The notes under the pieces are model-generated. The model ran no database searches. It saw nothing but the letters and a program-made list of their open reading frames with translations, and was not told where the DNA came from. From NCBI GenBank assembly GCA_010909165.1, contig MU008158.1, forward strand, positions 831,478-895,477: a DNA stretch of 64,000 nt, given 5' to 3'. The DNA comes from Anthoceros angustus (lineage: Eukaryota; Plantae; Anthocerotophyta). Positions 38,150 to 51,339 of the stretch are shown here, in pieces. Within the stretch, counting starts at the first letter, position 1. Every line of letters begins with the position of its first letter. The translations under genes were made by a program, and so were the position numbers.

Positions 38150-41100
38150 ATGGCGGTCTCAAACGGCGAGACGGGTGAAGGTGTAGAGGAACGCATCAGG
38201 AGCATTCTGCGGGATCTGCATCTTCCGGAGACCAGGGCAGCTCATGTGGCAGTGGATGGAGAGATCGCGGAGAGTCTGAAGTTCGATCAGGCATTCTTCA
38301 AAGCATTTGCAGGTGCCTTAGTTCTGGCGGCTGAGAAAGCCTACCGCACAGGGGCAGGATCTGCGTGTTACAAGCTGTTAAGATGGTCATGTATTCTGAT
38401 CAGAGAGAACGCCGATATTGTGTCTTCAAAATCTGCGTTCTCCAGGTTAGTTTCTGTACAGGGGTCTTTACTCCATGCACTTGCAGGAGCTTCTCCTCGA
38501 CTGCAGAATGCCAGCACTCGCACTATATTGCAGTTGTTCTCCCAGAAACCCAATCTTGCCGAGCGTTATGTGGCTGAGCTGCAGGGGAATGCTGCCGATC
38601 CTGGCAGCAGCACTGGACTCGCTAGAGTTCTCATTCAGCTTGCAACAAGGGATGCAGAGTTTCTTGCGAAGCATAGGGCAACTTTCCTTGGACTGTACAT
38701 CACTCTGGTATGGTCGTCGAAGGAGAGGCCGTCCAGGAGGTTGATCGAAGCATTCCGGCCTCTTCTGAGCATCTTAAATCATAGTGAATTTGGAAACGTG
38801 GTGCAGCCTGCAGTTGTCAAAATGCTTCGCAGGAACCCTGAAACGGTGATGGACGCTGCCTGTACTCTCTTCAGCTCAGTAAGTTTGGACATGAGTAACT
38901 ATGCTGTGGATGTCTACACAGCTGTTCTTCCACAGGCTCGGCATAGTGATGAAGCCAGGCGGAAAGATAGTGCTACTGTGGTAGGCAACTTGGCTCTGCA
39001 GACGAGTGACCAAAAGGTTGTACTGACCTTGTATCAGACTGCCAAGTCAGTGCTGAGCGGTTCGGAAGGGAAGCTAACATTTCCGTACCAGAGGGTGGGT
39101 ATGATTGGAGCAATTTTGGCGCTATCAAGGACTGAAGGGGGCGAGCAAGTTTCTTCTCTTGCTGCTACAATTGGTAGAGATCTGATGCTACTGTATAAGG
39201 ATGAAGGAAATGAAGAAGTCAGGCTCGGGATATTGTCCTCCTTGGGTGTGTGGCTTCCTCGAGCCAAGAATGGTTTGCCTCAAGATTCTGTCAAGTTCTT
39301 CACCGCTGGTCTGAAGGAGAAGGACAACTTGAGGAGGGGGCATCTTCGTTGTTTAAGGCTTGTTTGTAGCGATCCTTACTTTGCCACTCAATTACAGATG
39401 CTGATTGATCCTATGTTGCAGCTGGTGAAAAGCGGCATAGCAAAGCCTGCTCAAAGGGTGGATGGTATTTATGCCTTTCTTTTATCAGTCTTGATTGCAA
39501 CAGTGGACAGCAAAGCCAACGATCTACTTAGCAAGGAGAAACTTTGGCCTATGGTCTTTCAAAAGGACTCTGCACTGTTCTCAACATCATTTGTTCCTAA
39601 GATGGCTGTTGAAGATTGCATCGCTCTTTTGCAACTTGTAGAGGTTTCTGTTTTGCAGTTTCCTCACCGTGTGACAGACAACTCCTCTGCAGCTTCAGAT
39701 GTGTTCAAGCTGGTTGTCACCCTTCTTTGGCATCCTGATTTCAGTGTTCGAGAAAGGGCGTCTCAGGTTGTGTCTCAGTTGCATAAAAACAATCTTCAGT
39801 GGTCAAGGATGCTTCTCGACTCCTTCTGTGAAGCTGTTGTTGCGGTAGAGGAGCGACTGTCCTCTCAGAAGCTTGGTGACATTGCAGAAACTGCTACCGA
39901 GTCAACTGCATTGGCACCGTTTGAGACCCTGCTTGGGAAGGCTCTGGTTGCAGTTGCCTCCCCAAATTTTGAGGGGAATTCGGACGCATGTGTACAAATT
40001 CTTCTGGTTTCTCACAATCCTTGTGTTGTGAGAGGTCGCAGAAAGGACGTTGTGTGGAAAGTCCTTGTGAGGTCATGGCGGAAGCGTGGGGCGAACCTTG
40101 TCTCAGCTTTGGAAGCAGGTCCTGTACTTTTGTGTAAGTACCTGTTTGGGCGTAGTGGGTTAAGCAGCAGTCGACCATCGGAAGCGCAGGCAGCTGTGTC
40201 AGCCCTGGCAACTGCGATGCAGACCTTGCCTCAACTTCTGTTCTCTCATTTCTTTCTTGAAATTCAACTGCTAGGGCGTCAGGCATTTGATTCTCTAACT
40301 GAGAAGGATACAAAGGATGAATCCTCTGTGATTGAAGGTTCAATGGCTATACCTGTTCAACAGGCAAAAAGACAAGTTGGAGGTCCTGGAAAGAAGGACT
40401 CCAAAAGGCCAGGAAAGGGACCCAGTGATGCTGAGAAGGCAAAGTCATCTAAGGAGCTGGCAAGAGAATTGCAGCTGAAGGAAGAAGCTGCAGCACAGCT
40501 GAAGGTACGGGCGGTAAAGGAAAGGGTCTCTTGGCTTTTGGAAGCATTGGGTGCTGTGGCTGCAGCCAATCCCACCTTTGTGCATAATCAGCTTCCTGTG
40601 CTGATTGAGTACGTTGTACCTCTATTGAGTTCTCCAATAGTGGGAAGCAAGGCCTTTGAGGTTATGGTGAAGCTGGCAGGATGTGTGCCGCCTTCATTGA
40701 GGCATTTTGCTCCAGATATTGCTGTGGCGCTGTCACTTGTGGCAGGTTCGCCTTCCACAATCTCAGATGAATTCTCAGTTTCCTTGGAACAGCAGGAGAT
40801 AAAACCGGGATTGGTTAGAAGACTGCTTCTGGGAATGGCAAATGCTTGCAAGGATGGGCCACTGCCAGCTCCAACGTTTTCTCTGTTCTTTCCCATTATA
40901 GAGAAGGTGCTTTCTATGCCCACCAAAAGTAGTGTGCATGACCAGCTTTTGTACATCTTCAACTTACATTCTTTCACTGATATGTCACTGCCCCATCTGA
41001 AGATGATTTTGGTGCTGTATAAAGTGTTGGAATGTGTACCTTCATATCAACAGCAGATTGTAGGCTTGTTGAACAAGCTTTGTACTGGACTTGACAGCTC

Positions 41101-44100
41101 AGACCTGGCAGAGGCTCTGTCAGGGCTGTTCTCTGAACATGTTCCTGTGCGTGCCGCGTGCTTGAATGCTGTCAAGTATGTGCCTTGCCTTGCCAGGAGG
41201 GAAACTCCTCCCGATAGTACTGTGGCTGCCCGCATTTGGATGGCCATGTATGATCCAGACTGGAAGTGTGCTGAGCTAGCAGAGGAGATCTGGGACCTGT
41301 ACTCTCATGAACTTGGAAGAGACTATGCCTTGCCTCTTCTCAAGTCGCTTGGCCATCCAAACCTGAATGTGCGGCTTGCAGTTGCTGGAGGTCTGGCTGC
41401 AGCTATGGACGAATATACAACAACTGTGCCTGAAACGCTGTCCTCCCTGTTCTCATTGTATGTAAGGGATCTTCCTATTGGGTCTGGGAAGGAGGATCCC
41501 ACCTGGCATTCAAGAGATGGAGTGGCTTTGGGGCTGCATGCTGCAGCAGACATCCTTACTGATCGTGACCTTCCTGTTGTTGCCACGTTCCTGATCTCGA
41601 GGGCACTTGCGGATAGAAACCCAGAGGTGCGCATAAGGATGCTGAATGCTGGGGTTGCAATCGTAGACAAGCATGGGAAGGAGAATGTTGGTCTGCTCTT
41701 CCCAATTTTTGAGAACTATCTTGACACCAAGGCTGCCGACGAAGATCAGCATGATCTGGTGCGTGAAGCAGTTGTGATTTTCATGGGTGCCCTTGCAAGC
41801 CACCTTTTACTGGATGACTCCAAAGTTTCAGCGTTTTTGGATAAGTTGTTGGAGGTTCTGAATACTCCCTCTGAGGCAGTTCAACGAGCAGTTGCCAAGT
41901 GTCTTCCTCCTTTGGTCCCATCGCAACAAGACAAGGCACACATTCTTGTGACAAAGCTTCTGAGTCAATTGCTCCAGAGTGATAAGTACGCTGAACGTCG
42001 AGGGGCAGCATTTGGCTTAGCAGGAGTGGTCCAAGGTCTTGGGTTGTCAAGCCTTAAAAAGTATGGCATCATGGATGCCCTGAAAGTTGGAGCCCAAGAC
42101 AAGAATGCCCATGCCCGTGAGGGAGCCTTGCTTGGTTTAGAGTGTCTCTGTGAATTTCTTGGCCGGTTGTTTGAACCATACTTGATTCACATTCTGCCCC
42201 TTCTTCTGGTGTGCTTTTCCGATCAGGTCTTGGCTGTTCGAAGTGCTGCAAACGCTGTAGCTCGTGCTATGATGGCTCAGTTGACTGGTCAAGGGGTGAA
42301 ATTGGTCCTTCCAGGTTTGCTCAAAGGTCTGGAGGATAAAGCTTGGCGTACAAAGGAAGGGAGCGTACAGTTGTTAGGAGCCATGGCATTCTGCGCTCCA
42401 CATCAGTTGTCACATTGCCTTCCGACAATTGTTCCAAAGCTCAGTGAAGTCTTGACGGATACACATCCCAAGGTGCAGTCAGCTGCACAAACTGCTCTGC
42501 AGCAAGTTGGCAGTGTGATAAAGAACCCTGAAATTGCCGCTCTTGTACCCACACTTTTGACAGGAATTGCAGATCCGAATGAGCACACCAGGTCTTCCCT
42601 TGATGTGGTTTTACAGACCACATTTGTCAACTCGGTGGATGCTGCATCTTTGGCTCTGCTTGTCCCCGTTGTCCACAGAGGATTGAGAGAGAGAGGTTCT
42701 GACACAAAGAGAGGGCTGCACAGATAGTCGGCAACATGAGTAGTTTGGTGACGGATCATGAGGATATGCTTCCTTACCTTAGCCTGTTGATACCTGAAGT
42801 GAAGAAGGTTCTGGTTGACCCAATCCCAGAAGTCCGGACTGTTGCAGCTCAAGCCCTTGGTGCATTGATCAAGGGAATGGGGAAGAGAACTTCAAGGACC
42901 TGGTACCCTGGTTGCTGGAATCTCTTAAGTCGGAGACAAGCGGTGTGGAAAGATCAGGTGCGGCCCAAGGTCTCAGTGAAGTTCTGGAAGCACTTGGCAC
43001 AAAGTATTTTGAATCACTATTACCCGACATCCTGCACAACTGTTCTCATCAGCGTGCTGCTGTCCGAGACGGACACCTCACTCTGTTTAAGTACCTTCCA
43101 AGTGCTTTGGGTTCTAACTTTCAAAAGTATCTAGCAGAGGTGTTGCCTGCAATATTGAATGGTTTGGCTGATGAGAATGAAGCTGTAAGGATGCTGAATG
43201 CTGGGGTTGCAATCGTAGACAAGCATGGGAAGGAGAATGTTGGTCTGCTCTTCCCAATTTTTGAGAACTATCTTGACACCAAGGCTGCCGACGAAGATCA
43301 GCATGATCTGGTGCGTGAAGCAGTTGTGATTTTCATGGGTGCCCTTGCAAGCCACCTTTTACTGGATGACTCCAAAGTTTCAGCGTTTTTGGATAAGTTG
43401 TTGGAGGTTCTGAATACTCCCTCTGAGGCAGTTCAACGAGCAGTTGCCAAGTGTCTTCCTCCTTTGGTCCCATCGCAACAAGACAAGGCACACATTCTTG
43501 TGACAAAGCTTCTGAGTCAATTGCTCCAGAGTGATAAGTACGCTGAACGTCGAGGGGCAGCATTTGGCTTAGCAGGAGTGGTCCAAGGTCTTGGGTTGTC
43601 AAGCCTTAAAAGTATGGCATCATGGATGCCCTGAAAGTTGGAGCCCAAGACAAGAATGCCCATGCCCGTGAGGGAGCCTTGCTTGGTTTAGAGTGTCTCT
43701 GTGAATTTCTTGGCGGTTGTTTGAACCATACTTGATTCACATTCTGCCCTTCTTCTGGTGTGCTTTTCCGATCAGGTCTTGGCTGTTCGAGTGCTGCAAA
43801 CGCTGTAGCTCGTGCTATGATGGCTCAGTTGACTGGTCAAGGGTGAAATTGGTCCTTCCAGGTTTGCTCAAAGGTCTGGAGGATAAAGCTTGGCGTACAA
43901 AGGAAGGGCGTACAGTTGTTAGGAGCCATGGCATTCTGCGCTCCACATCAGTTGTCACATTGCCTTCCGACAATTGTTCCAAAGCTCAGTGAAGTCTTGA
44001 CGGATACACATCCCAAGGTGCAGTCAGCTGCACAAACTGCTCTGCAGCAAGTTGGCAGTGTGATAAAGAACCCTGAAATTGCCGCTCTTGTACCCACACT

Positions 44101-47100
44101 TTTGACAGGAATTGCAGATCCGAATGAGCACACCAGGTCTTCCCTTGATGTGGTTTTACAGACCACATTTGTCAACTCGGTGGATGCTGCATCTTTGGCT
44201 CTGCTTGTCCCCGTTGTCCACAGAGGATTGAGAGAGAGAGGTTCTGACACAAAGAAGAGGGCTGCACAGATAGTCGGCAACATGAGTAGTTTGGTGACGG
44301 ATCATGAGGATATGCTTCCTTACCTTAGCCTGTTGATACCTGAAGTGAAGAAGGTTCTGGTTGACCCAATCCCAGAAGTCCGGACTGTTGCAGCTCAAGC
44401 CCTTGGTGCATTGATCAAGGGAATGGGGGAAGAGAACTTCAAGGACCTGGTACCCTGGTTGCTGGAATCTCTTAAGTCGGAGACAAGCGGTGTGGAAAGA
44501 TCAGGTGCGGCCCAAGGTCTCAGTGAAGTTCTGGAAGCACTTGGCACAAAGTATTTTGAATCACTATTACCCGACATCCTGCACAACTGTTCTCATCAGC
44601 GTGCTGCTGTCCGAGACGGACACCTCACTCTGTTTAAGTACCTTCCAAGTGCTTTGGGTTCTAACTTTCAAAAGTATCTAGCAGAGGTGTTGCCTGCAAT
44701 ATTGAATGGTTTGGCTGATGAGAATGAAGCTGTAAGGGATGCTGCTCTGAGCGCTGGGCACATCTTTGTTGAGCACTATGCAACAACATCTTTACCTCTG
44801 TTGTTACCAGCCATAGAAGATGGGATATTCAATGAAAACTGGAGAATTCGGCAGAGCTCAGTAGAGCTACTGGGAGATCTGCTGTTCAAGGTTGCTGGAA
44901 CTTCCGGCAAAGTAGTAATAGATGGTGGAAGTGACGATGAGGGTGCAAGCACTGAAGCGCATGGGCGTGCAATCGTGGATGTTCTCGGCAAAGAACGGAG
45001 GAATGAAGTTTTGGCAGCAGTGTACATGGTCCGCTCTGATGTCAGCCTCTCTGTACGACAAGCAGCTTTGCATGTCTGGAAGACTGTGGTCTCCAACACG
45101 CCAAAGACTCTTAGAGAAATCATGCCGGTACTTATGAACACTCTGATCTCAGCGCTTGCTTCAACATCCACAGAGCATCGTCAAGTGGGTGCTCGGTCCT
45201 TAGGTGAGCTCGTCAGGAAAATGGGAGAGAGGGTCCTCCCGTCTATCATTCCCATACTTGCTCGGAGGCTTGTTGATGAAAATGCAAGCACAAGGCAGGG
45301 TGTTTGCTTTGGACTGAGTGAAGTCCTGGCTAGTGCGGGGAAGCACCAGCTTGTATCGTACATGGGAGATTTGATCCCTACCATTCAGACTGCCTTATGT
45401 GATAGCTCTCCGGAAGTTCGTGTAGCTGCAGGCATAGCTTTCAGTACTCTGTTCAAAAGTGCAGGGATGCAGGCAGTTGACGAGATTGTTGCTGCTCTCC
45501 TCCGGAACTTGGAAGACGAGGACAAGTCGGATGTGGCACTGAATGGTCTCAAGCAGATTCTTAGTGTGAGGGCAGCTGCAGTTTTGCCTCATATTCTGCC
45601 AAAGTTGGTTCAAACTCCTTTGACGCCTTTCAATGCAAATGCCCTTGGGGCGTTAGCAGAGGTCGCAGGCCCTGGACTTAACGGATACCTGTCCACCATA
45701 TTGCCTCCGCTTATATGTGCCATGGGTGATGAAGATCAAGAGATAGCCTCCCTGACAAAGAAGGCAGCTGAGACGATGGTTTTGGCTGTAGATGTTGAAG
45801 GTGTGGACTCACTTATTGGGGAGCTGAGTAAAGGCCTCGGTGACACACAGAGTGTTGTCAGGAGAGGTTCCGCGTACTTGACAGGTTTCCTGTTCAAAAA
45901 CACAAGTGTTGACCTGAAGAAGGAGGTGCCAAGTCTGTTGACGACACTTATTGTTATGCTGACAGACCCTGACAGTAACACTGTTCAGGCTGCATTGGAG
46001 GCTCTAGCAAGTGTAACGGGTTCAATTCCAAAAGAGAATCTTCAGTCACATATCAAAGTTGTGCGCGATGCACTCTCCACTGCAAGAGACAAGGAAAGGC
46101 GGAAAAGGAAAGGGGATCGGATTCTCATTCCTGGGCTGTGCTTGCCTAAATCCCTGCAGACATTGTTGCCCATATTTCTTCAGGGACTTATGGGTGGTTC
46201 TGCTGAGGTCAGGGAGCAAGCAGCGGATGGTCTTGGGGAGCTGATTGATGTCACTAACGAAGTCACTCTGAAGCCTGTCATTGTCTCCATAACCGGGCCT
46301 CTTATTCGAATTGTTGGAGATAGATTTCCATGGCAAGTGAAAAGTGCCATACTAGCAACTCTTGGGATAGTCATCACAAAGGGAGGAATTGCCTTGAAAC
46401 CATTTCTCCCTCAGCTGCAAACAACGTTTATTAAGTGTCTGCAAGACAACTCAAAACCTGTGAGGTCCAGGGCAGCATGGGCTCTTGGTCAGCTGAGTGC
46501 GCTGAGTGTTAGGGTGGATCCAATGGTTGATGATCTTCTCACTCGCCTGCAGGCGTCTGAGAATGGGTTGAATGCAGTGCTGATTGCACTTATGGGGGTG
46601 ATAAAGAATGCTGGCAAGAATGTGAGCGTAAACGTGATCTCCAATGCTGTGGTAGCTTTGCAAGGTCTTCTCAATGCAGAAGAAGGTGACATCAGAGCGC
46701 TGGCAGCAAGGACGTTTGGAATAGTATCAAAGTATGTTGATGATGGAAACTTCAATAGGGTACTACAGAGTCTGGTGGCATCCCCATCTCAGCCATGGCT
46801 CTTGCGACATGGTGCAACTATTGCATTGGCATCCGTGCTAAGGCACTCCTCGTCTCGGATCTGCGTGTCCAGTGCTCAGCTGTCAGTTGCAACCTCAGTC
46901 ATCTGGGCAAGAGCCAGGGATGACAAGTCTCCTGTGCGCGAATATGCTGCCAGGGCCATTGGGTTTTTGCTGAGCTTTCAGCTGAAAGAGAGCACATCTG
47001 GTTCTGACTCCCTGCCTGACCTGGTACCCACGCTGGTGGACCTTTTGAACGATGACACTAGCGAGGTGCGGAGAAGGGCCCTCAGTAGCCTCAAGTTGAT

Positions 47101-47368
47101 CTCCAAGGCAAATGCAGGTGCACTGTTGGGTTATATTAAGCTGCTGGGTCCAGCCATCGGGAACTGCCTAAAGGACAGCAGCCCGCCAGTCCGTTTGACT
47201 GCAGAGCGTGCTGCCTTCCACCTCTTCCAGTTGCCTAGAGGACCAGAGAATCTCCAACTGGCTCAGAAGTACATTACAGGGCTGGATGCAAGGCGAATCG
47301 CCAAGCAAGCAGAGTTCAGCGATGCCAGCGACGACAGTGAGGGAGACTCATCTCCCTCTGGAGCCTAG
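38150..47368 (+). CDS. GCN1: GCN1/ILITYHIA HEAT-repeat activator of GCN2; single exon, ~2557 aa after collapsing the internal duplication
   Basis: ERRGAAFGLAGVV, KAWRTKEGSVQLLGAMAFCAP, DTHPKVQ, NWRIRQSSVELLGDLL, GSDDEGASTEAHG, ITGPLIRIVGDRFPWQVK, KPFLPQLQTTF. The 1574-aa and 1150-aa ORFs overlap in content. Confidence 0.95.
41634..44732 (+). repeat. Tandem duplication of a 1554-bp GCN1 segment (41634-43185 and 43186-44732)
   Basis: By eye the copies differ only by eight small deletions totalling 9 bp. TAAGG(G)ATGCTG microhomology at the junction. Confidence 0.95.
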
Positions 47369-48117
47369 ACTCCTGACTGAAGATAATCTAAGTCTCATTT
47401 ACCAGTTTTGTAGGCCTTGTAGGAAGCAACTGCATGGCGGTTTCTGTTTGGTACTAGCTATAGCATCCGGATTCGCGCCTCAATTCTCCTTCCGTCTCGC
47501 TGAGTGTACAACATGCCGTATGTGAGTGCTTCTCTTCTGTACTCTATTGCCTTTCTCAGGCAGACGTGTGACATTTAGACCCTCTGAAGCCATGGGCGCA
47601 CTTGAAGGTCATTGCATTCCTTCACATGCTAAATTACTCTCATGTTAACCTGAATTTATTGATGTCCACAAGGATTACAGCATACTCGTGTTCGATTTCA
47701 GTCACTAGTATACTGTTTTCGCAAGTGCACTAGATCCTACTCCAGGCTCTGACAGTTGCCAGCGGCGCTGTGAATCCATCCACCCACACGCATTCTCTAC
47801 TGTTCCTTTTTCACCCAAATTCCCAAAGAACTAGGTCAGTTCAGTCTAGTCCAGGCCAGGTACCTCCTTGTCTGGCCTGGTTCCAATCCTCTACCGGCAA
47901 GTCTATCGGAGAAGCCTTGCCACTCAAGCAACTCGTTGGTCAAACGGGAAGCTCACATATGTATGCCACGATTCCACTCCCCTGACGGTTGAAGGTGATT
48001 CACATCACCCAATTGCTTGTCTCAAACGTAGCTCAGGACCCGGCAAGAAGGTAACAAGAGCTCTATCTTGCTCTCTGGTTCTTTTTGTTCTCTGGTTTTA
48101 TACAGTATGATGTCAGC

Positions 48118-48177
48118 CTAGGATTCACATTACGGAGGCTAGGATTCACATTACGGAGGCAAGGATTCACATTACGG
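48118..48177. repeat. 21-bp tandem repeat x3
   Basis: c(t/a)aggattcacattacggagg. Confidence 0.9.
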
Positions 48178-48330
48178 TTCACGGTGTTGACACATAAATG
48201 GATGTGGCAGTTATCAAATCGTCTACGATCATCCACTCGCACGCAGCCATTATGCACCTTCCCATTGGGAAGCTTAAATCCCCGCAGCTCCCTGACGAAC
48301 AGCTTGGTGGACGGGGGGGAGTCGCTCCAG

Positions 48331-48768
48331 CATGCATACGGCTAGACGAGCAACAGTGCACCTGGAGCAGGCCATTGTGGGGAGGGCTTGCAAGACCACA
48401 AGCTCCTCTCTCTTCTTGGGATGATTTACACACAATCTCGGATTCGGATGCCTCCTGGCAGAGAGAAGGAGCCTGAGGAGAAAAACGCGTGCTGGGTACT
48501 GTGAAATCGACCACGGTCGGATTTTTCTCATAGAGGTGAATCGTGTGCAGTGGATGACGAAGGATCCAATAGAAAGGCCGACAGTGCTGAACTCTGTGCG
48601 TGTCCATGTCATGGGAAGAATCAGTAGGTTTCTACAAGGACGTTGGACGGCGCTCGCTGAGGTTCGTTCACCGGATGCGTAGCAACACTTTGACGTCGGC
48701 AGTTGCTTAAAAGAAGAAGAGAATTACCAAATAGCACAACGACAGGTTACGACGAAAACAAAGTACTT
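48331..48768. repeat. Diverged direct repeat, copy A (downstream of TFIIF-beta)
   Basis: Shares gctagacgagcaacagtgcacctggagcaggccattg and tagcaacactttgacgtcggcagttgct with 51340-51776. Confidence 0.85.
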
Positions 48769-49311
48769 CGCAGGAGTTCCACCGTTGACAATCCGATAAA
48801 CAAGCGTACATTCTGGAAATCATATACGAAGTCACAAACCCAACAAAGCAGGCATCTCGCTGCCTAATTCCTAATTATCAGCTCTACCCTGCTGTCCGCA
48901 TAGAGCATAGGATGGGAGGAGGCAGCGTTTCATGCTGAATAGAACTGAGTCTCACAAGGTTTTTCCGGGCCAGAAATTGCCCTTACCAAGCTGCAGACTG
49001 TGCCATTGGCCGAGACGTTCCGTCATTTTAGGGTTTAAATATGGGGCAACAGAGCTGATGTGGTCCAATCACTCAAGAATGGAGAGAGAGAGAATGATGT
49101 CTAACGGGCCTATCCTATGTATCGAGACTTTAATCTAAGAATTTACAGAGTGCAGAAATCCTCAGAGACGACTGAATCCTGGAAAGGCAACACCCAGTCA
49201 CTCAAAGCTCATGAGGGAGTACTTTCCCCAGGGCCGGAAAGAGGACCGCCCCCGGCCACGCACCATAAAACAGGCGATATTTCAGGCAAGGACCCACAGG
49301 TCAACCAGCAT

Positions 49312-50975
49312 CTATTCTGTGGGCGCAGCCGAAACATCCTTTGCCGTTCGGGGCCGGTATTCCGGCTTGAGTTCGTAGGAGCTTCGATGGACTCCGTCTC
49401 TCTGGAAATTGCAGAGTCCGCTCAAAATCTCCTTCAGATAATCCTAACATGAGACAGATTTCATACGTGTTAGAACTAGGATGCCAATTCAAGGCAGGTC
49501 TGACTTTGGATTCCTATAGATGACATTATACGTACCGCAGGCTGAGAAGTCTCCTTTACAAGGGCCTTCAATCGCCAAAAGGGTTTCGCTTCAAAAAGTC
49601 TGAAAACATGTTCTTCTACCTGCGAGCGATCTCCGCGCACCCGCCTGTCTACAATAGGCTTCTTATCCTGGGCACAAGAACATACGCTCGTTAACATTTT
49701 CTATTACCGGCAGTTGCAGATAGTGCTGCATTGACACGTATTAAGTGGAGTCGGAATTTTAAGGCAAGCAGCACACTGTACCTTCAAAGCCCTAGAAAAC
49801 TTTGCAGGTGGCAACCTCTCTTCTTTTCCTTTTGCAGGCACTTGGCTCTTCTCCTTATCCTGAGCGGATGAACATAAGCTCGTTAACATGCTTTGTTACG
49901 GGCAGTTGCACATAGTGCTGCATGGAAGAGTATTAAGTGGGAGTCGGAAAAGACAGACAGCACACTGTACCTCCGACATCTCTGCTTTTCGTTTTGCAGG
50001 CAGCTGTAGGTTCTTGTCAATATCCTGAGCAGATGAACATACGCTCGTTAACATGATCTGTTACGGGCAGTTGCAGAGATAGTGCTGCATGGAAGCGTAG
50101 GAGTCGGAAAAGACAGACAGCACACTGTACCGTATGCCACTTTGTCGCCCTCCAATTTTTGTGTTCATTATTCGACAGCATCTGAGACCAGGAAACATAT
50201 TTAACATGTATAGACGAGCAATTAGGACAAATGTGAAAGAGGTCTCCAGGCTGCAAACCTGTACAGTTCGTGATTTGACCACGGACTTCGTTAACCTGTC
50301 CCGGCAAATCTTGCCATACTCATTCACATCCTGGCCAATCGGCCGCCGCATGTTGAATTTGTCCGATACCGTTCCCTCCGCTCCGAGCCGACCTGTACAG
50401 GGTATCCACTCGTCATGTTCGCTGCCCTCCCCACCACAACAGGACCCGACAGTTGCGTTCAGCATCACTCCGCCAGCCCAACCAGCGTGCTACTGCACCA
50501 CACAACGACAGTTCGCCATAACGGACGCTAGTGCGCAATTACCGTCATTCCTCTCGGAAAATATGCACATCGGCAAAAGGTCCTTGGCCCCAGTAAGGAG
50601 ATATTTCTCTGGCAACTCTCCATCCTTCCCGGCCAATTCCAGGGAGAACTGCGCAATCAAAGCCAGAATGAGGTCATCCTCAAAGTCACCCTTACAATTC
50701 TAACTAAACAAGCCGTGCCACAGCTGGGAACGAGCAAGAATGGAATGTGGCGTCTGTCATGGCACCTGAGGAGGAGACTTAGGGCTGCACAGATCCCAAG
50801 TGACGATGAACCGACCCAGGGGATCTGGGGATCCTGCATCTCGCTTCTGCTGCCATGAATTAGCGACCGTACCTGGAACCTTGAGCAACACAACGCGGCG
50901 GTCTGCCCCGTCAGTGGCGAGCGGTATTTGAGGCAGCTTATGCAATTCAGATTTGCCGTCCCCGCTCACAGCCAT
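49312..50975 (-). CDS. GTF2F2: Transcription initiation factor IIF beta subunit (RAP30-like), 8 exons, divergent
   Basis: ADRRVVLLKVP, PMCIFSE, GRLGAEGTV, VFRLFEAKPFWRLKALVKETSQP, YLKEILSGLC..YELKPEY; GT-AG introns. Confidence 0.88.
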
Positions 50976-51339
50976 TGTCTCGCTGTGGGAGGCTCCCTGC
51001 TTTAGGTGATCAGGGACAACGGAAGAGTTTCATCACTTCAAACACTGAAGCGCGGGAAAGCACCTACGTACATAGGTCGAGGCTGTTTATATATAGGAGC
51101 ACAAAATTCCGAAATCCTAAACAACACCAGGCCCCAGAGTGGTCACTACTGTTCTTAGTTCGAGTTTCCGAATCGATCTTACTAATATACGGTAATTGTT
51201 TTTGCTACTATATCACGTTAGTTCCACCTAAGTGTGCCTTGGCAAGAATGTAAGCGCATATGTGATCTGCAATTCGTGCTTGGTGAAGGTGATCTTCTGT
51301 CTCCCGTTGTGGTTGCTGCAAGCCTGCCAGCATCCACAT

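Noticed and set aside
38003-47368. Two or three separate GCN1 genes, or a GCN1 pseudogene
   Set aside because: Explained by one internal duplication with error-like homopolymer deletions; a collapsed copy is fully open.
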